A stretch of DNA of 64,000 nucleotides from Pavona decussata. Its lineage: Eukaryota. Both the position numbers and the translations under genes were made by a program. Under the pieces are notes generated by a model. It searched no databases. It was not told the DNA's origin and saw only the letters and a list, made by a program, of their open reading frames with translations. How positions within the stretch are numbered: the first letter of the stretch is position 1; each line of letters opens with the position of its first letter. The stretch lies in NCBI GenBank assembly GCA_977016875.1, contig CDRNST010000218.1, positions 1,178,001 through 1,242,000 on the forward strand. Reading direction: 5' to 3'. Below are positions 12,555 through 25,999 of the stretch, one piece after another.

Positions 12555-15500
12555 ATGTCGACTTCCACGAAACAAGGAAGTCAATGTAGGTGTTTGGCAA
12601 GTCCTGAAGCAAATGAGATATTGTCAAAAGGCAACACACATATTCACTGCCCACGTGCACTCTGCAACTGTAAAGCTGATTACCCTATGACTGCATGGAG
12701 GCATCTCCAACGGGTAGAAGCTAAAAGTGAACATTTGGAAAATGAGGCAGCAATCCCGTCAAGCTCTACATTCGAAGTATTTGATACCTGTGAATCAGGC
12801 ACATCAAGCTCCGTGCCTTTAGCAGCGTTTGGAGCGTCAGATTCTTATCATGAATTTCCTTCTAGTTCATCATCAGCTTTGGCCAGAAGCCCTTGTCGAA
12901 GTGATAAGGAAACTTAGCAGACGAAATGACAGTTTGGGATGGAGACAGAGATGTAGAAAGCGACATGCATCTGTCATCAGACAATGCCAGCATGCACAGT
13001 GATGGGTTTTCTGAAAACAACGATTCTGAGAGAGAGAGGAATTGGAGGAAGGAGAAATTATGGAACAATTTGTTTACGACACCAAACTGAGGCTGGTAGA
13101 AATAAAGGGTAAAGCAGGATTTTCCCGGAGCATCTTTGAGGATCTTCTTGTTTGGGGAAAGGACATCACAAGCAAAGACAATGTTCAGTGGAGATCTCTG
13201 TGGCCATCCTGTTGGGCTGATGTACTAGTGCTCCTTGAGAAATTCGGATTCGTGAGTCGAGTCCAAAGTTGTACTGGATCTGCTTAGATAACAGCCACCC
13301 TAATTTGTTTGGTCTTCTCACTACCAAGAAAGAACTCTGTCCTCACTGTGGTCAACAGGGGAAAATTCCACATTATTGTCTCAGCATCACACATAAAGTC
13401 AAAGGATGGTGTTCTTCACCTTCCATGTGTCAAAAGATGACAGCACATTGGAAAGAAAATTCTCACTGGTTGCCTGTAGAAAGACAGGAGGGGTGGGGTT
13501 GGCCACCCAAAAAGGAGTTTTAGGATGGTACTTGTTTTGCTCAACTTGCATACTTTTGGGACTTTAAGGCGGAATGGACTCTACCTGTTAAGTGTCCAGT
13601 AGATGGCTGTTTATTCGTTATTTCTGCTTCATGGTGATTTAAGGCAAGTTGAATGTCCTAATTGCCACAACATCTTTCAAGTTATTCCAAAGAGAGTCAA
13701 AGGCGACTCAAGAAATCTAGCATATGATGGTGAGTGATTTTTTAAATGTTTTCAATTTGTGAGCTGTGACAGGATAAACTTAGGGATAGTTTTGCAAGAC
13801 AGATTGACTGCTTCTGTAATGTTTGTTTACTTCACATTCACTTTACAGTACACTGGGATGGATGGCAGCCATTTTCATCAACATGAAAAAGATGTGGTAA
13901 ATAAAGATGAATAAACATTTGTGAGAATTACAGATATATATGTACCATGTACATGTACCTAGACAATATTGAAAGTGAATGTGACTTGATCTGCATATTT
14001 ATATTTGAACTAATTTTGCAATCTACCGTCAATTAAGTTGCAATAATTACTTTTCCGGGAGGGGGACTGCCATATGAAAGTGATTTGGGTGCTTGTAAAA
14101 AATTTAGCAAGGGTAGAATTCCACTTTCTCTCATTAATGTCTACCTTAATGTCAACCATGATATATCTACATACATTTTCATGTTCATGCATCTACAAAT
14201 ACAGCTGTATGGAAATTAAATCGACACTGAAAACCAGAACTGCACTTTTGAACCATTATAGTCATGGCAAGCACACCCATCACTTTTATGAGAGAGTCCT
14301 CCCCTTGAAAATTTTTCTAGGAGCCTTTGAAGTTGGATTAGCAACTATGTCAAAGGAGGATCGCTGCCACGTTGATGAGGTGTACGTGTTTGGTTTCGTT
14401 CCATCCTACTTGTTACTAAAGAAACATCCAGTGTATTTGGATCCTTTTATGGAACCCTTCATAAATGGTAAATTTTATTTGCGTTGTGAAAGTTTCAGAA
14501 CTCTCTGAAGTTAATGTTCAGTTTCAAAGTTAGTAACTGGGAATTACTGCTATGCGTTTTCATTCTGTGAAGTGGGAAAATTTGTCAAATGTGGCGAGAA
14601 AGGCTGCAGGCGCTGTGATATAACAAGTAATTTTGTTTTCATTTTTTTAGAGCGAACGGAAGTGGAAGCACAATTTATGGATCTTATGTACATTTAGCAT
14701 TTATCTGTAAAGTGCCTTTTCCAATCTGCTGCTTAGGATCGGTTTGAAACTTCAAAGTGTTGGTTTTGGGCCAAGAGGAAAAGTTGGGTTGAAGTTAGCA
14801 CCAGATCACCTGGACGAAAATTGACTGAGTGTGCCATCCCTGCTCCCCAAAAGTTCTAATTGTGCCCCTTATTATGTTTATAATGTAAACAAATTTAGAC
14901 ATATAATAATTTATACACCTTACCATGATTTTTTTATAGGTGAGTATTTTCTAGCTTCTCGTCACTATTATTACACCAATAATAGGTACCATACAAGATT
15001 TCCTCCAGAGTCAAAAGACATCCTAACAAAAATTGCACTTCTAAATGAAATTGAACAGGAGGAGAGGGTCGCTGTCAGAGAGAACATGTCCAAGGAATGT
15101 GGTTACACTGGGCTCTCAATTATGCACCTACTATGGCCACTGTATGGTTTTCGCTATGATAAGGACTTGGTGTTTGATGAAATGCACACTGTGCAACTCA
15201 ATGTTGTAAAAGAAGCCCTCGATCATCAGTTGTTTGATGAAGATAATCCTGTAGATTGGTGTGAGGTTGATAGAAGATTACAGCAATTACCATGGACTGC
15301 AGGTATAAACCTGAACTCAGTGAATGTATCTTTTGGCTAATAGCTTTGGCCTGTTTCTGAAACACTCATGTCAAGAGCTTTTGTATTTATATTTATGTTA
15401 TAATCACACACAGCTACTGGAATGCTGTTGTTCATGTCCTTATCAATTAATTCTCATCATTCTTCAGATAAGCCTCTGAACAGTGTCCAGTAATATAATA

Positions 15501-16933
15501 TAATATTGAAATGTCATCATTCAAAATGATTTCATTTCTCCTTAAAGATATGTACCAAATAAGTCGCACCTAGAATATTGTAATATACTTGAATTGCTTG
15601 GTGGTTAAAATTATATTTTGTTCCTCCATTTAAAAGGTTATTTATTTTCACTCCTTTGTCTTCAACAGAATTCAGAGCATCCAGACTACCTAAAGGTATT
15701 ACAACCCGCCTTGGATACTGGAAAGGTAGGTATCACATGTTTATTTTACTTGCCACATTCATGTTTATGTTGTTCAATTTATTTTTCGCTTAAAATTTTC
15801 CAAACCAGTGTGATGTTTATTTTCTTTTGTCTCATGTTTGTACATGTAAATGATATTACAACCCAGAACAATAAAAAGAAAAAATCAAGTCGACCTCCAA
15901 AAGTTTTTTCATTGTGTTTTGCTATCCTGCTCTTAATAATTAACGGATAATTTTGAAATGTATACAAGTTCACTTAACCATGCTAGTCTTGAAAATGACT
16001 CTGTACTTTTATCTCGAAAATTGTATTAGTGTTTTTGCTGAGATGCAAAGAACATATATAGCGATCATGAGTAACTATTAAACGCTATACTCTAATGAAC
16101 TTTAATCGCCAATTATTATAGAGGGCTACAATAAGAATAGTTTTTTTGTCCCTTGAAGTTTGGTTCAGTATTTTTAAGTAACATCTTATTCTAATCCTCA
16201 TTTTCACTTTTCACTTTTAGTTATGGGCCAGGTCTCTTTCACAAGAAAAACTGTTATATGCCATGAATGCTGATGTTAGAAATCAAGGTCATAAAGGTAT
16301 TCCTGTTGGTGGTCTTCAAAGTTGTGACCTACCTCAAGGTACAAGGCGGAATATAGCAGCCTGCTGTGCAAGTGAAATGTGTGAAGTTGATGAACAAGGA
16401 AACTGTTGTCGCAGTTTTTGGCTACCAGAACATGGCTATAGTGGTTTACTTTATAGAGAGAAAGAGAATGTCATTGTTATAGTCCCTGGTGATGGCGAAA
16501 TTGTTGTTTTGGTTCACACTATATTCACAGTGCCAGTTCTAGGTCAGAGAAGGGCTTTTATTAAAGCAAAAAAGTTTGAGCGGAATGGACATTCAATAAA
16601 CAGTGACAACAGAAAAGTTAAACAAAACTAATCACTATCTATTTGTAGAACTGGAGAATGTGAGCAGGAAGGTTACGTTGCAGGCTTTGACTACTGATCC
16701 TGGAAGCTCTCTTGTTATTGACTTTATGAGAAGACTGTTCCCAATTACAGTAGGAAATGTTGTTTTGCCTTATTATCCTGTTGTGAATGACATGGTCATG
16801 GTTAGAGAAGCAGTTACTGATGATGTATGGAGAGTAAGGGTGGTTGCTTACAATCTTCCTCGAAAATTTGTGTTAGGACGTTGTTTTGAGAAAGAAGATG
16901 AGATCTGGATTCCAGAGCAAGGCACTCACAATC
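12555..16933 (+). pseudogene. Multi-exon EnSpm/CACTA (Transposase_21-like) transposase, 5' part; interrupted by the MULE
   Basis: CPHC zinc finger, DG..F, HWDGWQPF, GFVP, LDPFMEP, GCRRC and DLVFDEMHTVQLNVVK motifs on GT-AG exons, with stops and frameshifts. Confidence 0.75.
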
Positions 16934-17078
16934 GGGTCAGTACATTTCACTGACCCCCAGTCCATGGACTATCCCAATGGACTTCCGAAATGGACTACCT
17001 AAATGGACTGCTAAATGAACTACCAAAATGGACTACCCTAAATTACCTACCTTGAAAAATAAAAAGATTATTGAAGCT

Positions 17079-17334
17079 TAGATTGTCCACAGATGCCTTA
17101 TTTTTGGGATTCTCGAGACTGGTATGCTTCGATGGAGCTGCCACCATCTTTGTTTGTAGAAGCGAGGGCGATCTGGGGAGAGTGTCTAAACTACTAAGGA
17201 GAGCCGGATTGGGCCAACTCCGCTCCCCTCCCCTCGGAAGTTTGGACACTCTCCCCAGATCGCGCTCGCTTTTACAAACAAAAATGGCAGCAGCTCCATC
17301 GAAGCATGCCAGTCTCGAAAATCCCATGGAAAAA
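17079..17334. mobile_element. Palindromic MITE inside the left MULE end
   Basis: ~87-bp arms (gggattctcgagactgg...agagtgtctaaact / agtttggacactct...ccagtctcgaaaatccc). It is absent from the corresponding right MULE end. Confidence 0.7.
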
Positions 17335-18502
17335 TCGATCTCCGCCATCTTTTTTGGTTTTTATTTTAATGCTGGTTGTCAGCTGATCTGCAGGCGCTTT
17401 CATCCGTCAGGCGTGATGGCTGACATGCTGGATGAATTTATAATCTTGTATAGATGATTCCTTGCTCAATATGGTAAGTAAAGAAGATACTACTCAAACG
17501 TAGATCACATGACACATGATCAGCCCGCTTCCCAAAACCATTACCTTATTTAATACGAAAATCTACGATTTTCCCTACCGTATTTATGACCTGAAGAAAA
17601 ACTTGATACCCTGACCCTTAAATCAATACCCTGTTTCAGAACTGCCTTATAATTAGTTCCCTAGTTCAGACTGAGGTGAGACCCATTGTGAAGGGCGTTT
17701 GTTGATGGTCTCATCAACAATGATGAAAAAGTAGCTTCTTCTAAAAAAATAACCCAGTGCAAGACTAGAGTGCAAAAACCATACCCTATTTGAGACCAAA
17801 ATGGGCAAAATATATTATTGATACCTTATCTCTGACTAAAACGGCTAAAAAACTATACCCTTTTGAGCCACAAATACCTATATAGCCCATAAAGGGAGTA
17901 CTCCCCCCCCCTTCCTCCCCGTGGGACCAGGCACACCAAAATTTCATCATTTTGGTTGAGGGTGTGCAATTCTCTTGCTTTTGAAACAACACCTACATGT
18001 AGAAAAGCAACACTGGCATCTTTGTTGCAACCCAAAAAATTATTAGGCAAGAAAAACCAAAACAGTGCCAGCTTTTAATATAATTATTGCTATTTCAATA
18101 TATTGCTCTTGCTGACCTTTTATCTCTTTTCAGATAGCCACCCGTTCTATTATGTAGTATAATTCTGTTCGATTGGTTTTAAAATCACCAGTGTTCATTT
18201 CAGTTCCATACATTTTGACAACGGAAATATGACAAATGTAAATATGAACAATATCATATTAAATTGTCCCATTTCAATGTCAGTGTCATTTCAACTTCAA
18301 GCAGAACGAAAAGTTTGCAAATAAAGAACGAAAAATAATCGATTTTTGGTAACAGCCCCATCTCCGTCAGGGCTACTGTTGAACATTATCTTGGAATTGA
18401 TTTCTTTAAAAAAATGTCAGTTAAAATGGGTTCCAATTTTAAGGTTGCAAGTCAAAAATAGGCTAATTGTATGTGCACACAGTGAATGTCAGGTCTGCTC
18501 TT

Positions 18503-21200
18503 AAATGAGATTATATGAAAATCGCTCCTCTATTATTGTTCGTAGGTTGTGGCTGACTTGCACATTTCCAGCACTGATTTGTAATGGACCTTCAGACTGC
18601 CTCACCTTGGTGCAAACTGGGTTTAGGTGGTAATGCCGTGTGGAAGTTGTTGCCTGGTACCTTTCGGTCTTCTTGTTCCAGAAGTTTTATGCCTCAAAAC
18701 GGCCAAAGCAATACTTCTTGTCATCCTTCTCATGGTAGCCCTCAATAGTTGTGGACAGTGGCCTCTTACATCCAGCACATTTTCTAATACCCCCCCTGAT
18801 ACTTTTCAGCACAAGAAGTGCATTAGGTGGTGGGTCACTGGGTTTGGCACTCTTCCTTATGACCACAGTTGCATCACCAAGTGCTTAGGATGTAAATTGG
18901 TGGTCGTCCGAAACAATCTGGGGTGGTACCATTGGCTCTTCTCGTGGACGCTTGCGAGGTGGCACTTTGGCTCCAGCTGATTTGGGTGCAGATGATGTAC
19001 TGACCTGAGTTAAACTCCTTCCTGGGAAACTTGCAACTATCTGCTTTATCCTTCCTGTGTGGATGGCAACTGCGACACAGTGATGACAGATACTGTTACG
19101 ACTGGAAAAAAAAATACAAGAACAGGAACACTTTCCACTCTTCAAAAGCTGGACTTTGCAAGAAAGTGAGGCACTACTGTCAACTAAGATTGAGCCAGTT
19201 TGAAAGCCTTCTCGCAAGCCCTTGTTGTGGATAAGGGCTTTTGCCTTTTCAGAAAGGCTAGATATATTTCTTCCCTGGAAAACGGAACCGCCAGTTGCAC
19301 AAGGTCACCAATGCTGCTTGAACTGGCAACTGGCACTACAGTGGATGGTGTGTGGGAGGAAGAACTTGATGAGTGTTGTTTAAACTTGAAGCTTCTATAC
19401 TTCTTGAAGGCGTTTGGGTCTGGGCAACGCTTTGCTATCTCCTTCATTGCATTCTCCCTCTCCTCCCTCGTCATTTCACCATATTGTTGACTTGGAATGT
19501 GCTGTTTAAACTCATCAGAGACTTTCCACCTGTCTGACAGTCCAAACCAAGCTAACTCTGTTTCCATTTTATTGGATTCAACAAAATTTTACAGGGAAAC
19601 AACAAAACGATCTAACTCCTCGGGGACAAAGTTATTCCACTTCTTTAACATGGTGTTTACAGCTTCTGGGATATTCTGCAAGTATGGCTCCTCCCCCAGC
19701 CCTAGTTCGTGCACAACATACTTGGCCATTCTGTCCCTTAGGTCCTCCAATTTAAACTTCCGGAAGTACTCCACGAACTCTGGCTCTTTGCGCTCTGATG
19801 ATTCCAACCTGTGCCAGTCATCCATTAAAACTTGCACCCTCCTATCAAATTCTTCCCTAGAATTGGACCACAGAAGTCCAGTACCTTTGGCATAGATGTC
19901 CTCAAGAATTCGTCCACTTACCTTTGGCATAGATGTCCTCAAGAATTCGTCCACTGAGAGCTTGTGACAGTCCCAAACGCCTTAACTTTTCTTTGACATT
20001 TGTTTTGCTGTGCAAGTAACAGAGCAGTGGGTGTGACTGAGAGAAACCAGCAGTGATGGCATTACGCAGGGCAGACTTGTTATCTGTTCCAGTTGCATGA
20101 AGAGAGTTACCCAACCCAGGTACAGCTCTTAATAAACAGTGGAGGAATGACAGGTATGTAGACTCATCTTTGGTCATGCATACCATAACTGGCCCAAGAA
20201 GAGAAGGAGGATGGCTGGTACCCTTCACAGTAAGCAAGGGGTTTTTGTAAGTGGTTACAAGCAGATAAATTGGCCCTAATTGGAATGTTACATCCAAGCC
20301 AAGTTCCGGAACAAAGTTCCGTTTCTTATGGCAGCAGAAGCGAATGATGTCATCCATTTCTTGGTTGGTGAAGAGCATCACTGTCGACAGATCATTACAA
20401 GTGACTTCACGAACAAATCCTGAATACGAGCCCTTCTGGAGGTCAAGTACGGCCATCAGTGGATCACTGTTACCTTTTGATGCTCCAGTGGATGTAAGTT
20501 TCAGCTGATGTTTTATGTTTTTCACCTGTCGTACATTTCTTGACAAAGAACTCGCACTCTCAGCACCACAAACCCCGCCACTATCCTTTATTGTCTTGAA
20601 AAGTGCACTTTTTGGATTGGTCTTGTTCTCTGAGAGGTTTTGTGAAAGACCCTGCTTTGTGCTTTCTTTTGTCTTTACATATGGTGGTACCGAGGACACT
20701 GGCTTGCGATTACCGTTTGAAACAACTTTGAACTTTCTTGGCTTCCCTTCCCAGTGATAATGAACAAGCACTAAAGGAAACCATTTCTCAATTGACTTTG
20801 CAGAATCAATTGTTACAATTGTCTTGTGAAATTGAGGGCAGGATTTGCAAGTGTATAGGCGCCTTCTTACTGATATGTCAGCTTCTGATGAAACCTTGCA
20901 CAATGAAGAAACTTGACCATTTGAGTTCTTTGTAACAGAATACAACTTCTCTTTATTTCCTTTCATGACCCATGCTCCATTGTCATCGCAAAATATATCT
21001 TTCCTATGGCCCAAGGAATTAAGGTCAATGATAAATGTTCCATTCTCTTGAATGGAGTAAGGCATTCGTGAGGAAATCAACTCGGGGTTATCAATCCTAC
21101 AGTTCATCGCAGTGGTATGATAAATGGATTTTCAAGGTTTTTCAGCGTTACCATCCTGCACCCTTGATGCCCTTCAAAGAGCCTTACTTCCCCCCTACAT
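18503..21200 (-). pseudogene. MULE transposase with SWIM zinc finger and C-terminal CxxC...HxxxxC finger
   Basis: GLDVTFQLG, LLGP, GTDNKSAL, LLCYLH (MULE DDE core), NIPEAVN, CSC...SICHH (SWIM) and KCAGCKR...HYHLNPVC. Frameshifted. Confidence 0.85.
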
Positions 21201-21933
21201 ACTTTCGTGGTGAGGTGGAAACGTCCAATTTTTCATCACATGAATCACTTGGCTATAGATATGAATGGAAAATACATTTAATATGGCACAAGAACAAACA
21301 ATAATGCTCAGATAACAACTGAATAACAAACTAACCACTGAAAGTAAATATATCAAACATATACTATGAACTACTACTAACAACTACTACTAGCTATTAA
21401 CATATATGAGTGCCTTCCAAATATGTACCGTATTTCCCAAATAATGTGCCAAATTTAGGCCCTTAAATTATGAAATATATTTAAATTCAGCTGTTGTCAT
21501 AAACACAGATGTGCGTATCAAAGTAGAGTCTATTTAAAAAACTATCACTTACAGCCCCATATAAGTCATTTATTACAAAATTTATACCAAATGAAAACAA
21601 AATAAACCTGGATAAAAATCTTTCTTTAATGAGACCTTTCACCCCATCATTCACCTGGTCTCTTAGGAACTTAACTTAATACACCTTTTGCTGTTCATTT
21701 ACTGAAAATACGCAATCATTTGCACTAAAAGTCAGACAATAATGCAAAAATACGTTCAATTGCACCAATCGGCATTCAATTGTGCGAAATGCACCCTCCA
21801 CGAGGATATCTGCATGATTGTAAACCACGCTGGGGCCAAACCACCCCTCCAATGGGTCTTCGGGAGCCCGCGACTACTTAGGGGTAAATTTCAAGATGGC
21901 GGAAAATTAGAATTCCTCTTCCTAAAATCCAAC

Positions 21934-22570
21934 ATGGCTGCCAAAGTAAACTTCGCTGAAACACTTCGACCTGCTTTGCAACGCGCTAAATCTGACTGCT
22001 AAAGACAAATTTCAAGTGGGGATGGAATCAAAAAAGTGAATGACTTCTTCGAAGAGCTTGATCTTGCTATGGAGTCTTGGATAATAAATTCAGTCAGCGC
22101 TCGAGATAGCAACATCCAGCGGCTGTTGCCCGCACACGGAATGGTGGCCAGAGCCTTAAGAAAGATCCACGCCAAAATTGTACGCCGGCTCAGTTCAAGA
22201 CCGAAACTGGCTAATCCATTGCTTGGAGAGTTCACAATAGACATGCCAGTGGAGGTGTTGTTAGGTATCTCAAAAGATATCCTGGACCGAACAGATTTTG
22301 GCCATGAATTTAGTGAGACGAACACCCAACTGTTTTACAAATCAATGATTTCCGAAAGGCCAGACACTTGTTCAAGAGGATGGACATTGCAATGCTGATG
22401 TAGACCTAGAAAATATCTTTAAAAAGCCACTCAGTTGTGAAATGGAGAGGTGTGAGGTGATTGTTTTGGCTGAGAAGCCACTGGAATTGAAATTTCACAA
22501 GAAAAACGAAGTTCTGACCGTGAAATTTCACTATGGATACTGGAACATGAGTGGTGTACCACAGCACTAG
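21934..22570 (+). pseudogene. ~210-aa protein of unknown function; second gene of the CAC element, convergent with the transposase
   Basis: ATG at 21934 (MAAKVNFAETLR), premature TAA at 22000, in frame with ORF 22036-22398, frameshift near 22345, ending KFHYGYWNMSGVPQH*. Confidence 0.6.
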
Positions 22571-22679
22571 ATAAGTCCTTATTTTGATTCTTAGTGTTTT
22601 TGATATACATTTAATTACAGAAAAAATTTTTTTTATAATACTTGCTTGATATACATTTAATTACACAAGTTTACAAAAT

Positions 22680-22923
22680 GAGTGTGGCCAATGTGCGAGG
22701 CTTGCGAGCCAAACGTGCGAGCCAGGCAAGCCATGCGAACCAAACATGCGAGGCTTGCGAGGCCCGAACATCCCCTAACATAAATGCTAACCATTAAGCT
22801 AACCAGGGAGCTACTTAAGCTAACCTGAGTGCTATTTAGGCTAACCGGAGTGTTTTTAGGCTAACCTCAGTGCCTCGCACATCTGCCTCGCATGGCTCGC
22901 TGGCTCGCAGATTGTCAAGACCC
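22680..22923. mobile_element. MITE with internal CTAACC and GCGAG repeats
   Basis: Imperfect TIRs GAGTGTGGCCAATGTGCGAG / reverse complement GGGTCTTGACAATCTGCGAG. 8-bp TSD TACAAAAT at 22672-22679 and 22924-22931. Confidence 0.75.
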
Positions 22924-23867
22924 TACAAAATTGAGTTAGCAATCTTAGCGTATTAGCTAGCTAGCCATATGGCTTATCAATATTTGTGGGTTCTATTTTT
23001 TGGATAGTATCTACTGAAGTGAAGAACTTATTACAAAAATATACAGACACTGTATTCAAAAATATTAATTAACAACATTGTTTACATTGTTATTGAAAAA
23101 CTGTTGTGTTGGCAGGCAAGTGAAACACTTAACTGGATGGATAGGTTTCCTCACTGCCTGTGGTGGGTGTTCATGACAACAAATCCTAGTTTTAATTAAG
23201 GTTAACTGAAATTGCAAAAAACCTATTATTCAAGGATCTGCTTGAGTTCATTGTTAACTTTTCCAGCAGCAACACTTTGCCTGACTAGCTGCATCACATT
23301 GCATGTGTAAATTGTGCAACCATCGTCATGTACATTTGACTTGGAAAGACCACAATGACAAAATCTGTTATCATGGGCCTTCACCCTCTTGGGGATGTAG
23401 GAGTCACAAGCATTATTTTTTTCTCTTGTCGGTAAGAAACACTGGAGTTGTTCCGCACAAAAACGTTGTGTATGCAAATATCAAACTACTTACGTTGGAC
23501 ATGCAAATAACAATAACAGACGTGAAATGCATATGGGGCGCCGATTGGGACATTATTGTATATTTTAAAAATATATCCTAAACTTACAATTTATGCTAAA
23601 CTTTCGGCGTTATGGAGTGTTCTCAGTATGAACTTTATGCAGAACTCAAGAATTATGGCCAACTTTACTTGTACGGATGTGTGGTAATGTTTTAGTTTGT
23701 CCTAAACTTTTCTTTTGTGGAGCGTTTCAATTTGAATTTATGCCAAACTCGAAATTTATGGTCAACTGAAAATTTATGCTCAACTCAATATTTATGGCAT
23801 GATGCATTGCACGCAAACAACCTGAACGGGAGGGACTGGTGCGGGTGGCCGCCATCTTCAATACAAT

Positions 23868-25388
23868 ATGGCAGCGAGAGTAACACGAAGACCTAACAGT
23901 CTTGCTTCTTTTTTCACTGCTGCAAGGCAACTTGTGTCTGAAGTGGAATCGTACTTTTCGTCTGATGAAGATGGCAACCTTGACAGACTTGAACTACTGG
24001 AAGGTCGTCTGGAAGAGGCCTGTGAGACCCTTTATGTTGTCATTCAGCAATCTGGGGACTTGAGCTCTCAAAACCCAAACAACGCGGAACTGGGTCAGTT
24101 TAACGCTGACATGAATGTTCTTTGCCGTCACTTAAATGTACTTAGAAGCCACTTTGGGGCTCAGGCAGCTGAAGAGGGAGGACGGGATAAAGAACTGTAC
24201 TCGTGCCCTACAGAGAACTCTGGAAATACAGGGAGACCAAGGTACTTAATTTCTGTTCAGCAGCTTCAGTTCCTCAGAGATTTACATTTTTCGTGGACAA
24301 AAATAGGCAAAATTCTTGGGGTGTCAAGAAAAACAATAAATCGAAGGAGACAGGAGCTAGGAATGAGTGAAGAACTTTCCTGGTCTTGCGTATCTGACGA
24401 TGACCTTAAACAAATAATGTGTGAGATACAAACATTAACCCCAGGAATTGGCCAAACAAGGATGCTGGGATCTTTAAGGAGCAGGGGGCTGAAGATTCAA
24501 AGGTGGAGCTTAAGACAATGCTTGCGGGAAATTGACCCTGTTGGCACTGTTCTGAGATGGCGGCAGGTAATTCAGAGACGGAGTTACCACGTAAGATCTC
24601 CAAATTCCCAATGGCATCTTGACAGCAATCAAAAGATGGTAAAATGGAGATTTGTCATCCATGCTGCTATTGACGGGTTTTCAAGAGTTATTTTGTATGT
24701 ATACTGTGCCACAGACAATACGTCAAGGACAGTGCAAAGTTTGTTTGAAGAGGCAGTTAGACAGTATGGTCTACCCTCCAGAGTTAGATGTGACCATGGG
24801 CTAGGAAACGTGGGTGTGGCAACTACAATGCTTCAGATGAGAGGTCTTAATAGAGGAAGTGTCATCACAGGCAGCTCAGTGCGTAATCAGAGAGTTGAAC
24901 GGTTACATCGAGATGTAACCAGTGGAGTCTTGCGTGGGTATATTGAGCAGTTTGAAGAGCTGGAAAGATATGGACTTTTAGACAGTAGCAATGATGTCCA
25001 TTTGTTTGCTCTCCATTTTGTTTACAAAGAAAGAATCAACAGGTCTCTCCAAGAGTTTATTGCTCACTGGAACCATCACAGCCTTAGCACCGGAAAAAAC
25101 CTTTCCCCTCTTCAGCTTTGGAGCCAGGGTGTTCTTCAACAGTCCTTATCCTGCAGTCCAGCAGTACATGGCATCCTGACAGATGACAATACCATTAACG
25201 TTGATGACATGTTGTCATCTGCAGAGAATGATGAAGCTACTGTGGTTGTTCCAAAAACGTTGCTGGGCCTTTCAGATGAAGACATTGATATTTTGCAAGC
25301 TACACTTTCCGGATATGGGGATGACAGTATCAGTGGTTATTTACAAACTGTGAACACTATTTGCCAGCTTCTTAATGTCAACTGCTGA
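23868..25388 (+). CDS. IS3EU integrase-like DDE transposase (506 aa, open frame)
   Basis: GRPR plus HTH ([17 protein letters not shown]), [40 protein letters not shown] and SP.QLW. Confidence 0.9.
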   Translation: MAARVTRRPNSLASFFTAARQLVSEVESYFSSDEDGNLDRLELLEGRLEEACETLYVVIQQSGDLSSQNPNNAELGQFNADMNVLCRHLNVLRSHFGAQAAEEGGRDKELYSCPTENSGNTGRPRYLISVQQLQFLRDLHFSWTKIGKILGVSRKTINRRRQELGMSEELSWSCVSDDDLKQIMCEIQTLTPGIGQTRMLGSLRSRGLKIQRWSLRQCLREIDPVGTVLRWRQVIQRRSYHVRSPNSQWHLDSNQKMVKWRFVIHAAIDGFSRVILYVYCATDNTSRTVQSLFEEAVRQYGLPSRVRCDHGLGNVGVATTMLQMRGLNRGSVITGSSVRNQRVERLHRDVTSGVLRGYIEQFEELERYGLLDSSNDVHLFALHFVYKERINRSLQEFIAHWNHHSLSTGKNLSPLQLWSQGVLQQSLSCSPAVHGILTDDNTINVDDMLSSAENDEATVVVPKTLLGLSDEDIDILQATLSGYGDDSISGYLQTVNTICQLLNVNC

Positions 25389-25902
25389 TGAAAGCAACTA
25401 AATGAATACTGTACAGTCGTAATTCTGCATGCTTTGGTGAAAAAATGTAGGTGAAACAGTGGGTCATTATGCCTCAGAATGTATGCAGCTTGTATGTAGC
25501 CTGCGAACAAGCCCCTTAGTGGGAAATAGAATGAGTTGAACAGTGAGAAAGGGGAGGCAATACTAAATGAACAATTTTTGACTAATGGATAGACCAAGTC
25601 ATTTATTAATCATTGGTCACTTATGGCTTCACTGATCAGCTATCCACTCCACCCTGTGACTGCAAACCTCACCGCTTACACCCTATTGAGAATATTTTAC
25701 ACACTTACTTTTGGCTTATGCTGTGGTTGATAAATTTTCCCGTTGTTGTGTTGTGATGATTGTTATTCTTTCCGGCACTCATTCAAACAGAATGGTCAGT
25801 TATTTTGTGTCATCTTTTGTGTACATAATTCAGTTCATGTTTGGTTTTGTTAGGAAATAAACATAAACAAAACACATTGGATAAATTTGAGGACTGCGTA
25901 TA

Positions 25903-25999
25903 CCGTATTTACTCGAATAAGCGCCGCGGCGCTTATTTAATTTTTCGTGTCTCTTGTGCGGCGCTTATTCGAGGGCGGCGCTTATTCAAGTACATACGG
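25903..25999. mobile_element. Tc1/mariner/pogo-type MITE
   Basis: TA|CCGTATTTACTCGAATAAGCGCC...GGCGCTTATTCAAGTACATACGG|TA. Confidence 0.8.

Noticed and set aside
17043-17457. Similar ORFs on both strands (CFDGAA.IFVC.SE.DLGRVSKL)
   Set aside because: Artefact of the palindromic MITE.
21934-22570. RAG2-like gene or a true ProtoRAG
   Set aside because: No kelch repeats or PHD finger are visible, the protein is too short, the TSD is 3 bp rather than 5 bp, and no RSS nonamer is seen.
23868-25388. Bacterial IS3 or contamination
   Set aside because: It sits between long eukaryotic-type TIRs, next to a spliced partner gene, nested within animal TEs.
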